This document shows positions 17,588-26,129 of a stretch of 64,000 bases of DNA, one piece after another. The position numbers and the translations under genes were made by a program. Numbering within the stretch: the first letter of the stretch is position 1; every line of letters starts with the position of its first letter. The stretch is from assembly GCA_013911715.1 (NCBI GenBank), contig JACEST010000001.1:12-64011 (forward strand), written 5' to 3'. The DNA is from Sphingopyxis sp. (GTDB lineage Bacteria; Pseudomonadota; Alphaproteobacteria; Sphingomonadales; Sphingomonadaceae). Under the pieces are notes generated by a model. The model was not told the DNA's origin and did no database searches. It saw only the letters and a program-made list of their open reading frames with translations.

Positions 17588-20401
17588 ATGGCTGCGGACA
17601 ATCTGTTGGGCTGGAGCCGGTTGACCGGTTTTGCCGCAATGGCGCTGATCGGGTTTCGCCCGGTCGGCGTTGCTGCGGCCGACCCCGTCTCACCGCCGGT
17701 CCCGCCTGGCAACGACAGCTGGCAGGCCAATGACGATGACCAATGGTTGTTCGACTTGCGTTCGGGCCAATATCGGCTCGGTGACGGCGTGCGCGGCTAT
17801 CAGACGCCGGAAGGAATATGTGTCGATCTGGCCGACATGGTCATCGGCCTCGATCTCGCCGTGCGGATCGACAAAAAGTTGCGCCGCGCAACGGGCTGGC
17901 TGTTCGACGAGCGCCGCACCTTGACGCTCGACCGCGATGCCGGGTCGGTTCGGGTCGGCAGCCGCAGTTTCACTCTGGCGCCTGGCACCATCCGCGACAC
18001 CCCCGAAGGCTGGTGCATCCAGGTGAGCAGCCTGGCGCAATGGCTCGAACTGCCGCTGGCGGTAGACCAGTCCAATGCCATCTTGCGCCTTGATACAAAG
18101 GAAAAGCTGCCTTTTCAGCTTGCCGCTGAACGCCGGGCCCGCGCCGCTGGCATCCGGCCTGCGCAAAGTTTTGACCTTGCCAAGCTGCCATCCGCGCCGC
18201 GGCCCTATAAATTGTGGCAAACGCCGTCGATCGACGTCGCCGCCTCGCTGGCCTTTGTGAACGACAAGCGCGGCGGGCGCGACCTGTCGGCACGCTATGA
18301 AATATTCGCTGCCGGCGAGTTGCTGCGCCACAGTTTCGACGCGCGGCTGGCATCGGACGAAAATGGCCTGCCGCAAAGCCTGCGCCTGCGCGCCTATCGT
18401 TCGGACCCGACAGGCCAGCTGCTGGGGCCGCTGCACGCGACCCATTACGCGCTGGGCGATGTCAGCCTGCTCGCGACCGGCCTGGTTTCGCAAAGCAGCG
18501 TCGGGCGCGGCGCGGTGGTGACCAACCGACCGATCGAACGCCCCGAAAGTTTTGACCGTACCGATTTTCGCGGCGATCTGCCTGCCGGATGGGACGCCGA
18601 ACTGTATCGCAACGGCCAGCTGCTGGCCTTTGCGACGCCCAATGCGGCGGGGCGTTATGAATTTCTGGACGTCGCACTCCAATATGGCAGCAACCGCTTC
18701 GAAATTGTGCTTTATGGTCCCCAGGGGCAAGTGCGGCGCGAAATCAAACAATTGCAGGTGGGGATGGATTCGATCCCGCCGCGTCAGACCTGGTATTGGG
18801 CCGGCATCGCCGAAGAAGATCGCGACCTTATCAACCTGGGTCGCGGTCAGGGGCCGTTTCGGCGCGGTTGGCGCGGCACGGTGGGCATCGAACGCGGGAT
18901 TAATGCCCGAACGTCTCTCGCGGCCTATGGCCACAGCCTGTTCATCGAAAATGTCCGCCGTGACTATGGCGAGGTGGCAGTGCGCCGCGCGATCGGGCCG
19001 ACCTTGCTCGAATTGTCGGGGGCCTATGCTTCGGACGGTGGCAGCGCGCTGCGCGCCAATTGGCTGGCGGGCTTTGCCGACACCTATATCCGCGTTGAAG
19101 CACTGCGCGGCTTTGGCGGCTTTGTCTCGGACCGGCTGATCCGCGGGATCAGCGGCAGTTATTCGATCGGCGTCGATCAATCGGTGCGGCTGGGGCAAAC
19201 CATCCTGCCGCTGCATTTCGATCTGCGCCACATCACGCGCACGTCGGGGGTACGCAGTGTTGAAGCGACGGCGCGGGCGTCGGTCGGCTTTCGCCGCATC
19301 AATCTGACCGGCCAGGTCGACTGGTCGCGCAGCAATTCGCCGTTCGGGCCCGATCCGCCCGACCAGCTCACCGCGCGTTTGCTTGCCAATGCCAGTATCG
19401 GGCGCCTCCGCTTGCGCGGTGAGGCGCAATTTGCGTTGTCGGGCGCGCAGTCCGACACGCGTTTCGGCATGATCGGCGAATGGTCTGCGGGCAAGGACGC
19501 CCAATGGCGCGCCGAGCTCGGCTATGATGGCGGGCTCGATCGTGCGCGCGCAGGCCTCGGCTATACACGGCGTTTCAAACAGATCGAAGTCACGGCTTCG
19601 GGCGAGGCTGCCAGCGACGGCTCGCTGGCAGCATCGCTCGCGGTCGCCTTCAGCCTTGGTCCAAAGGCCGGCGGCGGGGTGCGCGCGTCGAGCAGGCGGC
19701 TCGCCAGCGGCGGCCAAGTCGAAGCATTGGTGTGGCAGGACCGCAACGCCGACGGCATACGCCAGGATGATGAACCGGTGATGCCGGGGGTCGAACTGAC
19801 TGCGGGTACCCATTTTGTCGATGCGGCAACCGATGCGGATGGCCGCGCCATGATCGACGGGCTTGAACCCTTCCGCCCGGTGCTGATCGGCATAGATGCT
19901 GGCAGCCTGCCCGATCCCTATGTGCAACCTGCGCTGCCCGGTGTGGTCGTGACGCCGCGCCCGGGCGTCGCGACGCTGATCGCGCTGCCGCTGGTCGCAG
20001 CGGGCGATATCGATGGCAAACTCGTGCGGGCAAGCGGAACCGCGCTCGAGGGGGTATCGCTTGAGCTGGTCGATGTCGAAGGCCGGGTGCGAGCGACGAC
20101 GCTCAGCGAATTTGACGGCTATTTCCTGTTCGAAAGCGTCGCCTTTGGGCGCTACACGGTGCGTATTGCGGAGGCGTCGGCCGATGCGGTGCGCGTTGAC
20201 CCAACATTTTCAATCGCCGCAGCGCCTGGGCCCGACCGGCCGCGCGCGCGGCTCGGCACACTGACACTGCCAGGCCGCGATCCGCCGTTGGCGCGCAGCG
20301 GCGAACCCTCGCCCGATCCGCCGCCCACGGCGGACACCAGCGCACGCGGACCACCGCCGCTGGACCAAGCAACAGCGGGCGCGGCGTTAACCTTTAATTA
20401 G
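17588..20401 (+). CDS. Usher-like outer membrane protein with C-terminal CnaB/carboxypeptidase-regulatory-like domains
   Basis: 937 aa, signal peptide, ELYRNGQL..YEF.DV.L.YG.N...V..GPQG plug-like motif, amphipathic beta strands, WQDRNADG..DDEP and DGYFLFE motifs. Confidence 0.65.
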   Translation: MAADNLLGWSRLTGFAAMALIGFRPVGVAAADPVSPPVPPGNDSWQANDDDQWLFDLRSGQYRLGDGVRGYQTPEGICVDLADMVIGLDLAVRIDKKLRRATGWLFDERRTLTLDRDAGSVRVGSRSFTLAPGTIRDTPEGWCIQVSSLAQWLELPLAVDQSNAILRLDTKEKLPFQLAAERRARAAGIRPAQSFDLAKLPSAPRPYKLWQTPSIDVAASLAFVNDKRGGRDLSARYEIFAAGELLRHSFDARLASDENGLPQSLRLRAYRSDPTGQLLGPLHATHYALGDVSLLATGLVSQSSVGRGAVVTNRPIERPESFDRTDFRGDLPAGWDAELYRNGQLLAFATPNAAGRYEFLDVALQYGSNRFEIVLYGPQGQVRREIKQLQVGMDSIPPRQTWYWAGIAEEDRDLINLGRGQGPFRRGWRGTVGIERGINARTSLAAYGHSLFIENVRRDYGEVAVRRAIGPTLLELSGAYASDGGSALRANWLAGFADTYIRVEALRGFGGFVSDRLIRGISGSYSIGVDQSVRLGQTILPLHFDLRHITRTSGVRSVEATARASVGFRRINLTGQVDWSRSNSPFGPDPPDQLTARLLANASIGRLRLRGEAQFALSGAQSDTRFGMIGEWSAGKDAQWRAELGYDGGLDRARAGLGYTRRFKQIEVTASGEAASDGSLAASLAVAFSLGPKAGGGVRASSRRLASGGQVEALVWQDRNADGIRQDDEPVMPGVELTAGTHFVDAATDADGRAMIDGLEPFRPVLIGIDAGSLPDPYVQPALPGVVVTPRPGVATLIALPLVAAGDIDGKLVRASGTALEGVSLELVDVEGRVRATTLSEFDGYFLFESVAFGRYTVRIAEASADAVRVDPTFSIAAAPGPDRPRARLGTLTLPGRDPPLARSGEPSPDPPPTADTSARGPPPLDQATAGAALTFN
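20386..20401 (-). promoter_or_regulatory. CtrA-like box upstream of flavoenzyme-GtrA-transferase genes
   Basis: Plus strand GTTAA-cctttaa-TTAG = CTAA-N7-TTAAC on minus strand, one mismatch; overlaps usher stop. Confidence 0.55.
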
Positions 20402-20485
20402 CCACGATGGTTGAGAGAGGGTGCAGCAGCGGTGCGCCGCGCCCGAACATGCATGACAGACCAATGGAATCAAGGGGCTAGCAAT

Positions 20486-22024
20486 ATGACCAATTCGGCA
20501 ACCAGCGCGGATGTCGCGATCATCGGAGCAGGGCCAGCGGGGCTGACCGCCGCCTATCTGCTGACCAAGGCGGGCAAGCGCGTCACCGTGATCGAAAAAG
20601 ACCCGGTCTATGTCGGCGGGATCAGCCGCACGGTCGAACATGAAGGCTTTCGCTTCGACATCGGCGGCCACCGGTTTTTTTCGAAAAGTCAGGAAGTTGT
20701 CGATCTGTGGAACGAGATTTTGCCCGATGATTTCATCCAGCGCCCGCGCATGAGCCGCATCTATTATGAAGGCAAATTCTACAGCTATCCGCTGCGCGCG
20801 TTCGAGGCGCTGTTCAACCTCGGCGTGATGCGCTCAACCCTGTGCATGGCCAGCTATGTCAAGGCCAAGGCGTTCCCGAACAAGAAGGTCCGCAGCTTCG
20901 AGGATTGGACCGTCAACCAGTTCGGCTGGAAGCTGTATTCGATCTTTTTCAAAACCTATACCGAGAAGGTGTGGGGCATGCCGTGCGACACCATGTCGGC
21001 CGACTGGGCGGCGCAGCGCATCAAGGGGCTCAGCCTCGGTGCCGCGGTGCTCGACGGACTCAAACGCAGCTTGGGGATGAACAAGCGGCCCAATGACGGG
21101 ATGGCGACCAAGACTTTGCTCGAAACCTTCCGCTATCCGCGGCAGGGGCCGGGGATGATGTGGGATGCAGCGCGCGATCATGTCGTTGCGGGAGGCAACC
21201 ATGTGCTGATGGGCCATAGTTTCAAGCAATTGACGCAGGATCAGGTCAGCGGACGCTGGCGCCTGACCGCGACGTCGGCCGATGGCGGCGAGGTGGTAAT
21301 CGACGCCGAACATGTCATCAGCTCGGCACCGATGCGCGAGCTGGCGGCGCGGATCCATCCGCTGCCCGCCTGTGCGCTGACCGCGGCGCCGCAGCTCAAA
21401 TATCGCGATTTTCTGACTGTCGCACTGATGATCAAGTCGCCCGACCTGTTCCCCGACAACTGGATTTACATCCACGACAGCAAGGTCAAAGTCGGCCGCG
21501 TCCAGAATTTCCGCAGCTGGTCACCCGAAATGGTGCCCGACCCCGACATTGCCTGCGTTGGCCTGGAATATTTCTGCTTCGAAGGCGACGGGCTGTGGTC
21601 ATCGAGCGACGCCGATCTGGTTGAGCTCGCCAAGCGCGAAATGGCGATCCTTGGCCTGTGCAACCCGGACCATGTTGTCGGCGGCGCGGTGGTGCGGCAG
21701 GAAAAAGCCTATCCGGTTTATGACGATGATTATGCCGCCAATGTCGAGGTGATGCGCGCCGAACTCGAAGCGCGCTATCCCACGCTGCACATGGTCGGGC
21801 GCAACGGCATGCACCGCTATAACAACCAGGATCATGCAATGATGACCGCGATGCTGACCGCACGCAACATCGAGGCAGGTGAACGCATCTATGACATTTG
21901 GGGCGTCAACGAAGACGCCGAATATCATGAAAGCGGTAACGAGGGCGAACAGGCGGCGCTGGCATCGGTGCGCGAAGTGCCGACGCGGATCGCGAAGGGC
22001 GAATCCGCCCGCAAAGCGGCCTGA
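20486..22024 (+). CDS. FAD-dependent oxidoreductase, UDP-galactopyranose-mutase-like
   Basis: GAGPAG, FDIGGHRFF, YTEKVWG, FRYP..G, AYPVY, GRNGMHRYNNQDH. Confidence 0.7.
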   Translation: MTNSATSADVAIIGAGPAGLTAAYLLTKAGKRVTVIEKDPVYVGGISRTVEHEGFRFDIGGHRFFSKSQEVVDLWNEILPDDFIQRPRMSRIYYEGKFYSYPLRAFEALFNLGVMRSTLCMASYVKAKAFPNKKVRSFEDWTVNQFGWKLYSIFFKTYTEKVWGMPCDTMSADWAAQRIKGLSLGAAVLDGLKRSLGMNKRPNDGMATKTLLETFRYPRQGPGMMWDAARDHVVAGGNHVLMGHSFKQLTQDQVSGRWRLTATSADGGEVVIDAEHVISSAPMRELAARIHPLPACALTAAPQLKYRDFLTVALMIKSPDLFPDNWIYIHDSKVKVGRVQNFRSWSPEMVPDPDIACVGLEYFCFEGDGLWSSSDADLVELAKREMAILGLCNPDHVVGGAVVRQEKAYPVYDDDYAANVEVMRAELEARYPTLHMVGRNGMHRYNNQDHAMMTAMLTARNIEAGERIYDIWGVNEDAEYHESGNEGEQAALASVREVPTRIAKGESARKAA

Positions 22025-22029
22025 ACCAA

Positions 22030-22440
22030 ATGGGTCGCGCCATGGCCTCGGCACTGGTGCTGTGGCACCGCTTTACGATCACCCGCTATCTGGCGGCGAG
22101 CATGATCGCGCTCGCGTTCGATGTCGCCTTGTTCTCGAGCATTGTCGCGCTTGGAATAGATCCGACGATTGCTTCGGCAACGGGTTATTGCGCCGGCATT
22201 GTGGTTCACTGGCTGGTGAGCGCTAACATTGTGTTCGCCGGCAAGACCCGTGATGGTGCTGCGCGGCATGTGCAACGCGCGTTATTTGCGGGGTCGGCCA
22301 TGATTGGGCTGGGGTTGACGGTGGCGACAGTCGAAATACTGGGGCGTTTCGGCGTGCACCCGATCCCATCCAAAGGCGTCGCCATCGGCATCAGCTTTGT
22401 CGCCGTCTATGCGATGCGCAAATGGGGTGTATTCAGGTGA
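22030..22440 (+). CDS. GtrA family protein (putative lipid-linked sugar flippase)
   Basis: Four TM segments, RY....D, terminal RKWGVFR typical of GtrA. Confidence 0.85.
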   Translation: MGRAMASALVLWHRFTITRYLAASMIALAFDVALFSSIVALGIDPTIASATGYCAGIVVHWLVSANIVFAGKTRDGAARHVQRALFAGSAMIGLGLTVATVEILGRFGVHPIPSKGVAIGISFVAVYAMRKWGVFR

Positions 22441-22530
22441 TTGGAGGCGCGCAAACGCTCGCCGAACACGCCTCCAGGCCGCCATTGAACGCCAAAGCGG
22501 AATAATCGGCGAGTATCCGGGGCGGGCCAC

Positions 22531-24342
22531 ATGACGAATTTCGTCGACAGATACTTTTTCAGAATTCTTGCGGGCTTGTGGCTGCTGGAAGTCGCCGTGC
22601 TCTTGTTCTTAGCGCGCGACGCCATCGTGTCGTGGAAGGTCGGCGACCCCGATGATCAGCTGCGGATCGTGCAAGTCCGCGATTGGCTGGCTGGTCAATC
22701 CTGGTCGGACGTAACCCAATATCGCATGAATCCGCCGGCTGGCGGGGATATGCATTGGTCGCGGCTGGTCGATGTGCCTTTGGCGCTGGTTATCGGCTCG
22801 CTGACGCCGTTGGTTGGTCAGGCCAAGGCCGAGCTTTGGGCTGCGGCGATTGTTCCGATGCTGACGCTTGGCGCGTTCCTTTTTTGCTATGCACGGCTTG
22901 TTCGAACCCATTTCGGCAGCACCGCCGCACTCGCATCGACCGCTGGATTGCTGACCACTGTTCCAATCATCATCCAATTGGTCCCGCTGCGCGTGGATCA
23001 CCATGGCTGGCAGCTGGTGTGCATGACATTATGCCTGCATTATCTGCTCGACAAGGAACGTCCGCTCCGGTCGGCTGCTTTGCTTGGCGCGGTGTCGGCC
23101 ATCTGGCTTGAAATATCCATCGAGGCATTTCCGTTCGTCATCGCCTTTATCGGCACCATGGGTCTGCGGTGGCTTCTAAGTGCACCCGTCCGGAACCGAA
23201 GCCTGCTGTTATCACCGTTCAACATATTGACCGTTTTGACGGCACTTGCGTCGGGCGTGTTGCTCCTCACGCTCAAACCGCTGGATGGCCTTGTTCGGGC
23301 AGATTGTGATGCGCTGTCCACGGTCCATGTTTCGGCGTTTGCTGTATGCGCCATCGTATCGAGCGCCATATTGGCCATGGTTGGATCGGTCCGGTTACAG
23401 CCCGGCATTTGGGTCAAGCTGGCCGTTTGCGCGTTCGCGGGTGTCGCGGCGCTGGCCGTGATCGGCATTGGCGCACCGCAATGCGCGGGCGACAGTTTTG
23501 AAAATCTTGACCCGGTCGTGAGGCAATATTGGTTTAATCGCACGTCTGAAGGCTTGCCGGTTTTCAAACTCGGTTTTGAGCAAATGGTGATCGCTGGTGT
23601 GGTGATGCTGTTTGGCTTTTTGGGTATCGCCCATCTTATTCGGTCAAATGACGTTTCGATGGAAACCAAAATAGCGCTCATCCTGATTTTTGCTGCGACT
23701 GCACTTGTCGGCACCTATGTTTCGCGCACTTTGGTGTATTTTATCGTCGTGACCTCGGTGATAATTGCCCCGCTGTCTGCCGCTTTGTTTGCGCAAAGAT
23801 CGGATGCGGACAGCATCGCGCGGCAGAAGATGTTGCGCTTTCTGGCGATATTGCTGCTATTGCCATACATGACCGGGCAGTTGGTGGCGACCGCGATTGC
23901 CAAGCTTCAGCCTGTTCAGGCCGCAACGAAATCAGTTCGCTTCGTTATCGACTATTCCGCAGCGAAACGCTGTCAGGACAGTGGGTCGATCAAGGCGCTC
24001 CGCAACCTGCCTCCGTCGAACCTTTTGTCCGGGCTCGACGCGGCACCGGGCATTTTGCAGCATACCGAACATCGCGTGGTCGCATCTGGCCACCATCGCA
24101 ATCAAGCCGCGATGCGCGATTCGATCCTGGCGTTTGTAGCGACACCCGATAGGCTCGCCGCGGTCATCGAAAAGCGGAAGATAGACTATGTTGTCGCTTG
24201 CGCTGCTGCGCCCGAATTTATTTTCTATCGCGACATGAATCCGGACGGAAATTGGGCCCGCCTGCATGCAGGCGATCGTTATGAAATGCTTGTCGAACAG
24301 CCTCGTCTAGGACCATTCCGTATCTGGAAGGTGCGCCCATGA
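22531..24342 (+). CDS. Multi-TM GT-C protein, STT3/AglB-like (copy A)
   Basis: GDPDDQLR, QYRMNPP.G..MHW, RVDHH, RTSE, LDAAP, KIDYVV; about 12-13 TM plus C-terminal soluble domain. Confidence 0.65.
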   Translation: MTNFVDRYFFRILAGLWLLEVAVLLFLARDAIVSWKVGDPDDQLRIVQVRDWLAGQSWSDVTQYRMNPPAGGDMHWSRLVDVPLALVIGSLTPLVGQAKAELWAAAIVPMLTLGAFLFCYARLVRTHFGSTAALASTAGLLTTVPIIIQLVPLRVDHHGWQLVCMTLCLHYLLDKERPLRSAALLGAVSAIWLEISIEAFPFVIAFIGTMGLRWLLSAPVRNRSLLLSPFNILTVLTALASGVLLLTLKPLDGLVRADCDALSTVHVSAFAVCAIVSSAILAMVGSVRLQPGIWVKLAVCAFAGVAALAVIGIGAPQCAGDSFENLDPVVRQYWFNRTSEGLPVFKLGFEQMVIAGVVMLFGFLGIAHLIRSNDVSMETKIALILIFAATALVGTYVSRTLVYFIVVTSVIIAPLSAALFAQRSDADSIARQKMLRFLAILLLLPYMTGQLVATAIAKLQPVQAATKSVRFVIDYSAAKRCQDSGSIKALRNLPPSNLLSGLDAAPGILQHTEHRVVASGHHRNQAAMRDSILAFVATPDRLAAVIEKRKIDYVVACAAAPEFIFYRDMNPDGNWARLHAGDRYEMLVEQPRLGPFRIWKVRP

Positions 24343-26129
24343 TCGCGACCGAAAATTCCCGGCGGCGCGGGGGTTTTTCGCTGATTTTAGGCGGACTGTG
24401 GCTGCTGGTATCGGGCGGGCTGATCTGGTCTGGCTGGGCCGAGATTACCACCCTGTCCGGCTGGGATCCCGATGACGCGTTGCGGCTGGTCCAGCTGCGC
24501 GATTTTCTGGACGGGCAAAGCTGGTTCGACAGCACACAATATCGCATGAACCCGCCAGGCGGCGCGCCAATGCACTGGTCGCGGCTGGTCGAATTGCCGC
24601 TCGCGCTGATCATATTGTTGCTGCGGCCAATGCTCGGCCAGCCGGTCGCCGAAATGATAGCAGGAACGGCAATACCGCTGCTGCTTTTGTGCTGGATCGC
24701 TTTCATGCTGTCGCGCATCGCCGAGCGCATGTCGGGCCGCGAAGCCGGCATTGCGGCGGCGATGATCACATTGTCGTCAGGAGCCTTGTTGTTCCAGCTG
24801 CGGCCGATGCGGATCGACCATCATGGCTGGCAGTTGGCGATGGCGGTGCTGGCGCTGTCGACCATTTTTTGGCCGAATGCGCGCAAAGCGGGCCTCATGC
24901 TCGGGATGGCGTTGGCGCTCTGGCTCCATATCAGCCTCGAAGGTGCGCCAATGACCGCCGCCTTCTTCCTGCTGCTCGGGTTCCGCTGGGTACGCTCCGC
25001 TGGCGAGGGCGAGCGGCTGTTCTGGACGATCCTGAGCTTTGCCTGTTGCGCATTTCTGCTGTTTTTCGGCACGCAGGCGAGCGGCCTGGCTGCTGCAATT
25101 TATTGCGACACCATCTCGCCGCCGCATGTTGCTGCGATTGCGATTGCAGCGTCGGTCATGCTTCCTGCCATTCGTCTGTTGCCAGACGACCAACGGCTGC
25201 GGCTTTGCGCGGCGGCGCTGGGCGGAGCCGGTGCACTGGCTGTGATCTTTCTGCTGGCTCCGCAATGCGCCGGGGGGGCGTTCGGCACCTTGAACCCGCT
25301 GGTCCACGAATATTGGTATGTAAAGGTGACCGAAGGTTTGCCCATCTGGCACCAGCCTTGGCGCATCGCGGTCAGTCTCGGCGCGGGCCTGGCCTGCGGC
25401 GCGATCAGCTGGATTATTCTCCGCGTCCGACTCGCGCGCGAAGACCGGCAGAAGTTGAGCACAATCGGCTTTTTCCTGATCTTCGGACTGGTTCTGTCGA
25501 TTCTCATCATCCGGACAATTTCGGTCGCTACGGCATTTGCCATTCCGGTGACGGCGGCGTTGATAGCATCGCTCTTCGAACAATATCGCCAGTCGCAAAC
25601 CCCTTGGACCAGAATCGGGCTGGTGATGGCAATGCTGGCCCTGCTAGTTCCGGGCGCGATAGCGTCATCGATCATCCGTTCCGTGCCCAGTGAAGCTGCG
25701 CAGAAGGAAGAGTCGGCTGCAATGGCCAATGAGCTCTGCCAGTCTGCCTTGTCCATCCGCGCGCTGTCTGCACTCCCTGAAGGAAGCTTTATCGCGCCAT
25801 TCGATATGGGGCCGATGATATTGGCGCAGACGCCGCACAAGGTTCTCGCCAGCAGCCATCATCGCAACGAACAGGCGATGTACGATCATATCCAGATCTT
25901 CCGCTCGCCACCTACTTCGGCGTGGCGGTTGTTGCAGGCGCGCGGCATCAACTATCTGGCGGCTTGTGACGGCGAGGCTGAGCTTCACTTCTATGCAACA
26001 AAAAACCCAGACGGTCTGTGGGCGCAGTTGATGAGCGATAATGGCCCGGACTGGCTTGAGCCGATGCCCGACAGAGGCAAGGGCATCAAGGTTTGGCGAG
26101 TGCGCAAAACAGGCTTCAGCCCGGAATGA
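24339..26129 (+). CDS. Multi-TM GT-C protein, STT3/AglB-like (copy B)
   Basis: WDPDDALR, SWFD.TQYR..PP.G..MHW, RIDHH, KVTE, PFDMG, GINYLA; paralog of upstream gene, ATGA-coupled. Confidence 0.65.
   Translation: MIATENSRRRGGFSLILGGLWLLVSGGLIWSGWAEITTLSGWDPDDALRLVQLRDFLDGQSWFDSTQYRMNPPGGAPMHWSRLVELPLALIILLLRPMLGQPVAEMIAGTAIPLLLLCWIAFMLSRIAERMSGREAGIAAAMITLSSGALLFQLRPMRIDHHGWQLAMAVLALSTIFWPNARKAGLMLGMALALWLHISLEGAPMTAAFFLLLGFRWVRSAGEGERLFWTILSFACCAFLLFFGTQASGLAAAIYCDTISPPHVAAIAIAASVMLPAIRLLPDDQRLRLCAAALGGAGALAVIFLLAPQCAGGAFGTLNPLVHEYWYVKVTEGLPIWHQPWRIAVSLGAGLACGAISWIILRVRLAREDRQKLSTIGFFLIFGLVLSILIIRTISVATAFAIPVTAALIASLFEQYRQSQTPWTRIGLVMAMLALLVPGAIASSIIRSVPSEAAQKEESAAMANELCQSALSIRALSALPEGSFIAPFDMGPMILAQTPHKVLASSHHRNEQAMYDHIQIFRSPPTSAWRLLQARGINYLAACDGEAELHFYATKNPDGLWAQLMSDNGPDWLEPMPDRGKGIKVWRVRKTGFSPE

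Noticed and set aside
17690-19927. 745 aa minus-strand ORF
   Set aside because: Antisense shadow of the usher-like gene, no recognisable motifs
20486-22024. Calling the flavoenzyme protoporphyrinogen oxidase HemY
   Set aside because: hemJ is already present; motifs and GtrA context fit a sugar mutase better
22531-26129. Calling the two membrane proteins RND/AcrB transporters
   Set aside because: Only about 600 aa, no RND repeat architecture; GT-C catalytic motifs present
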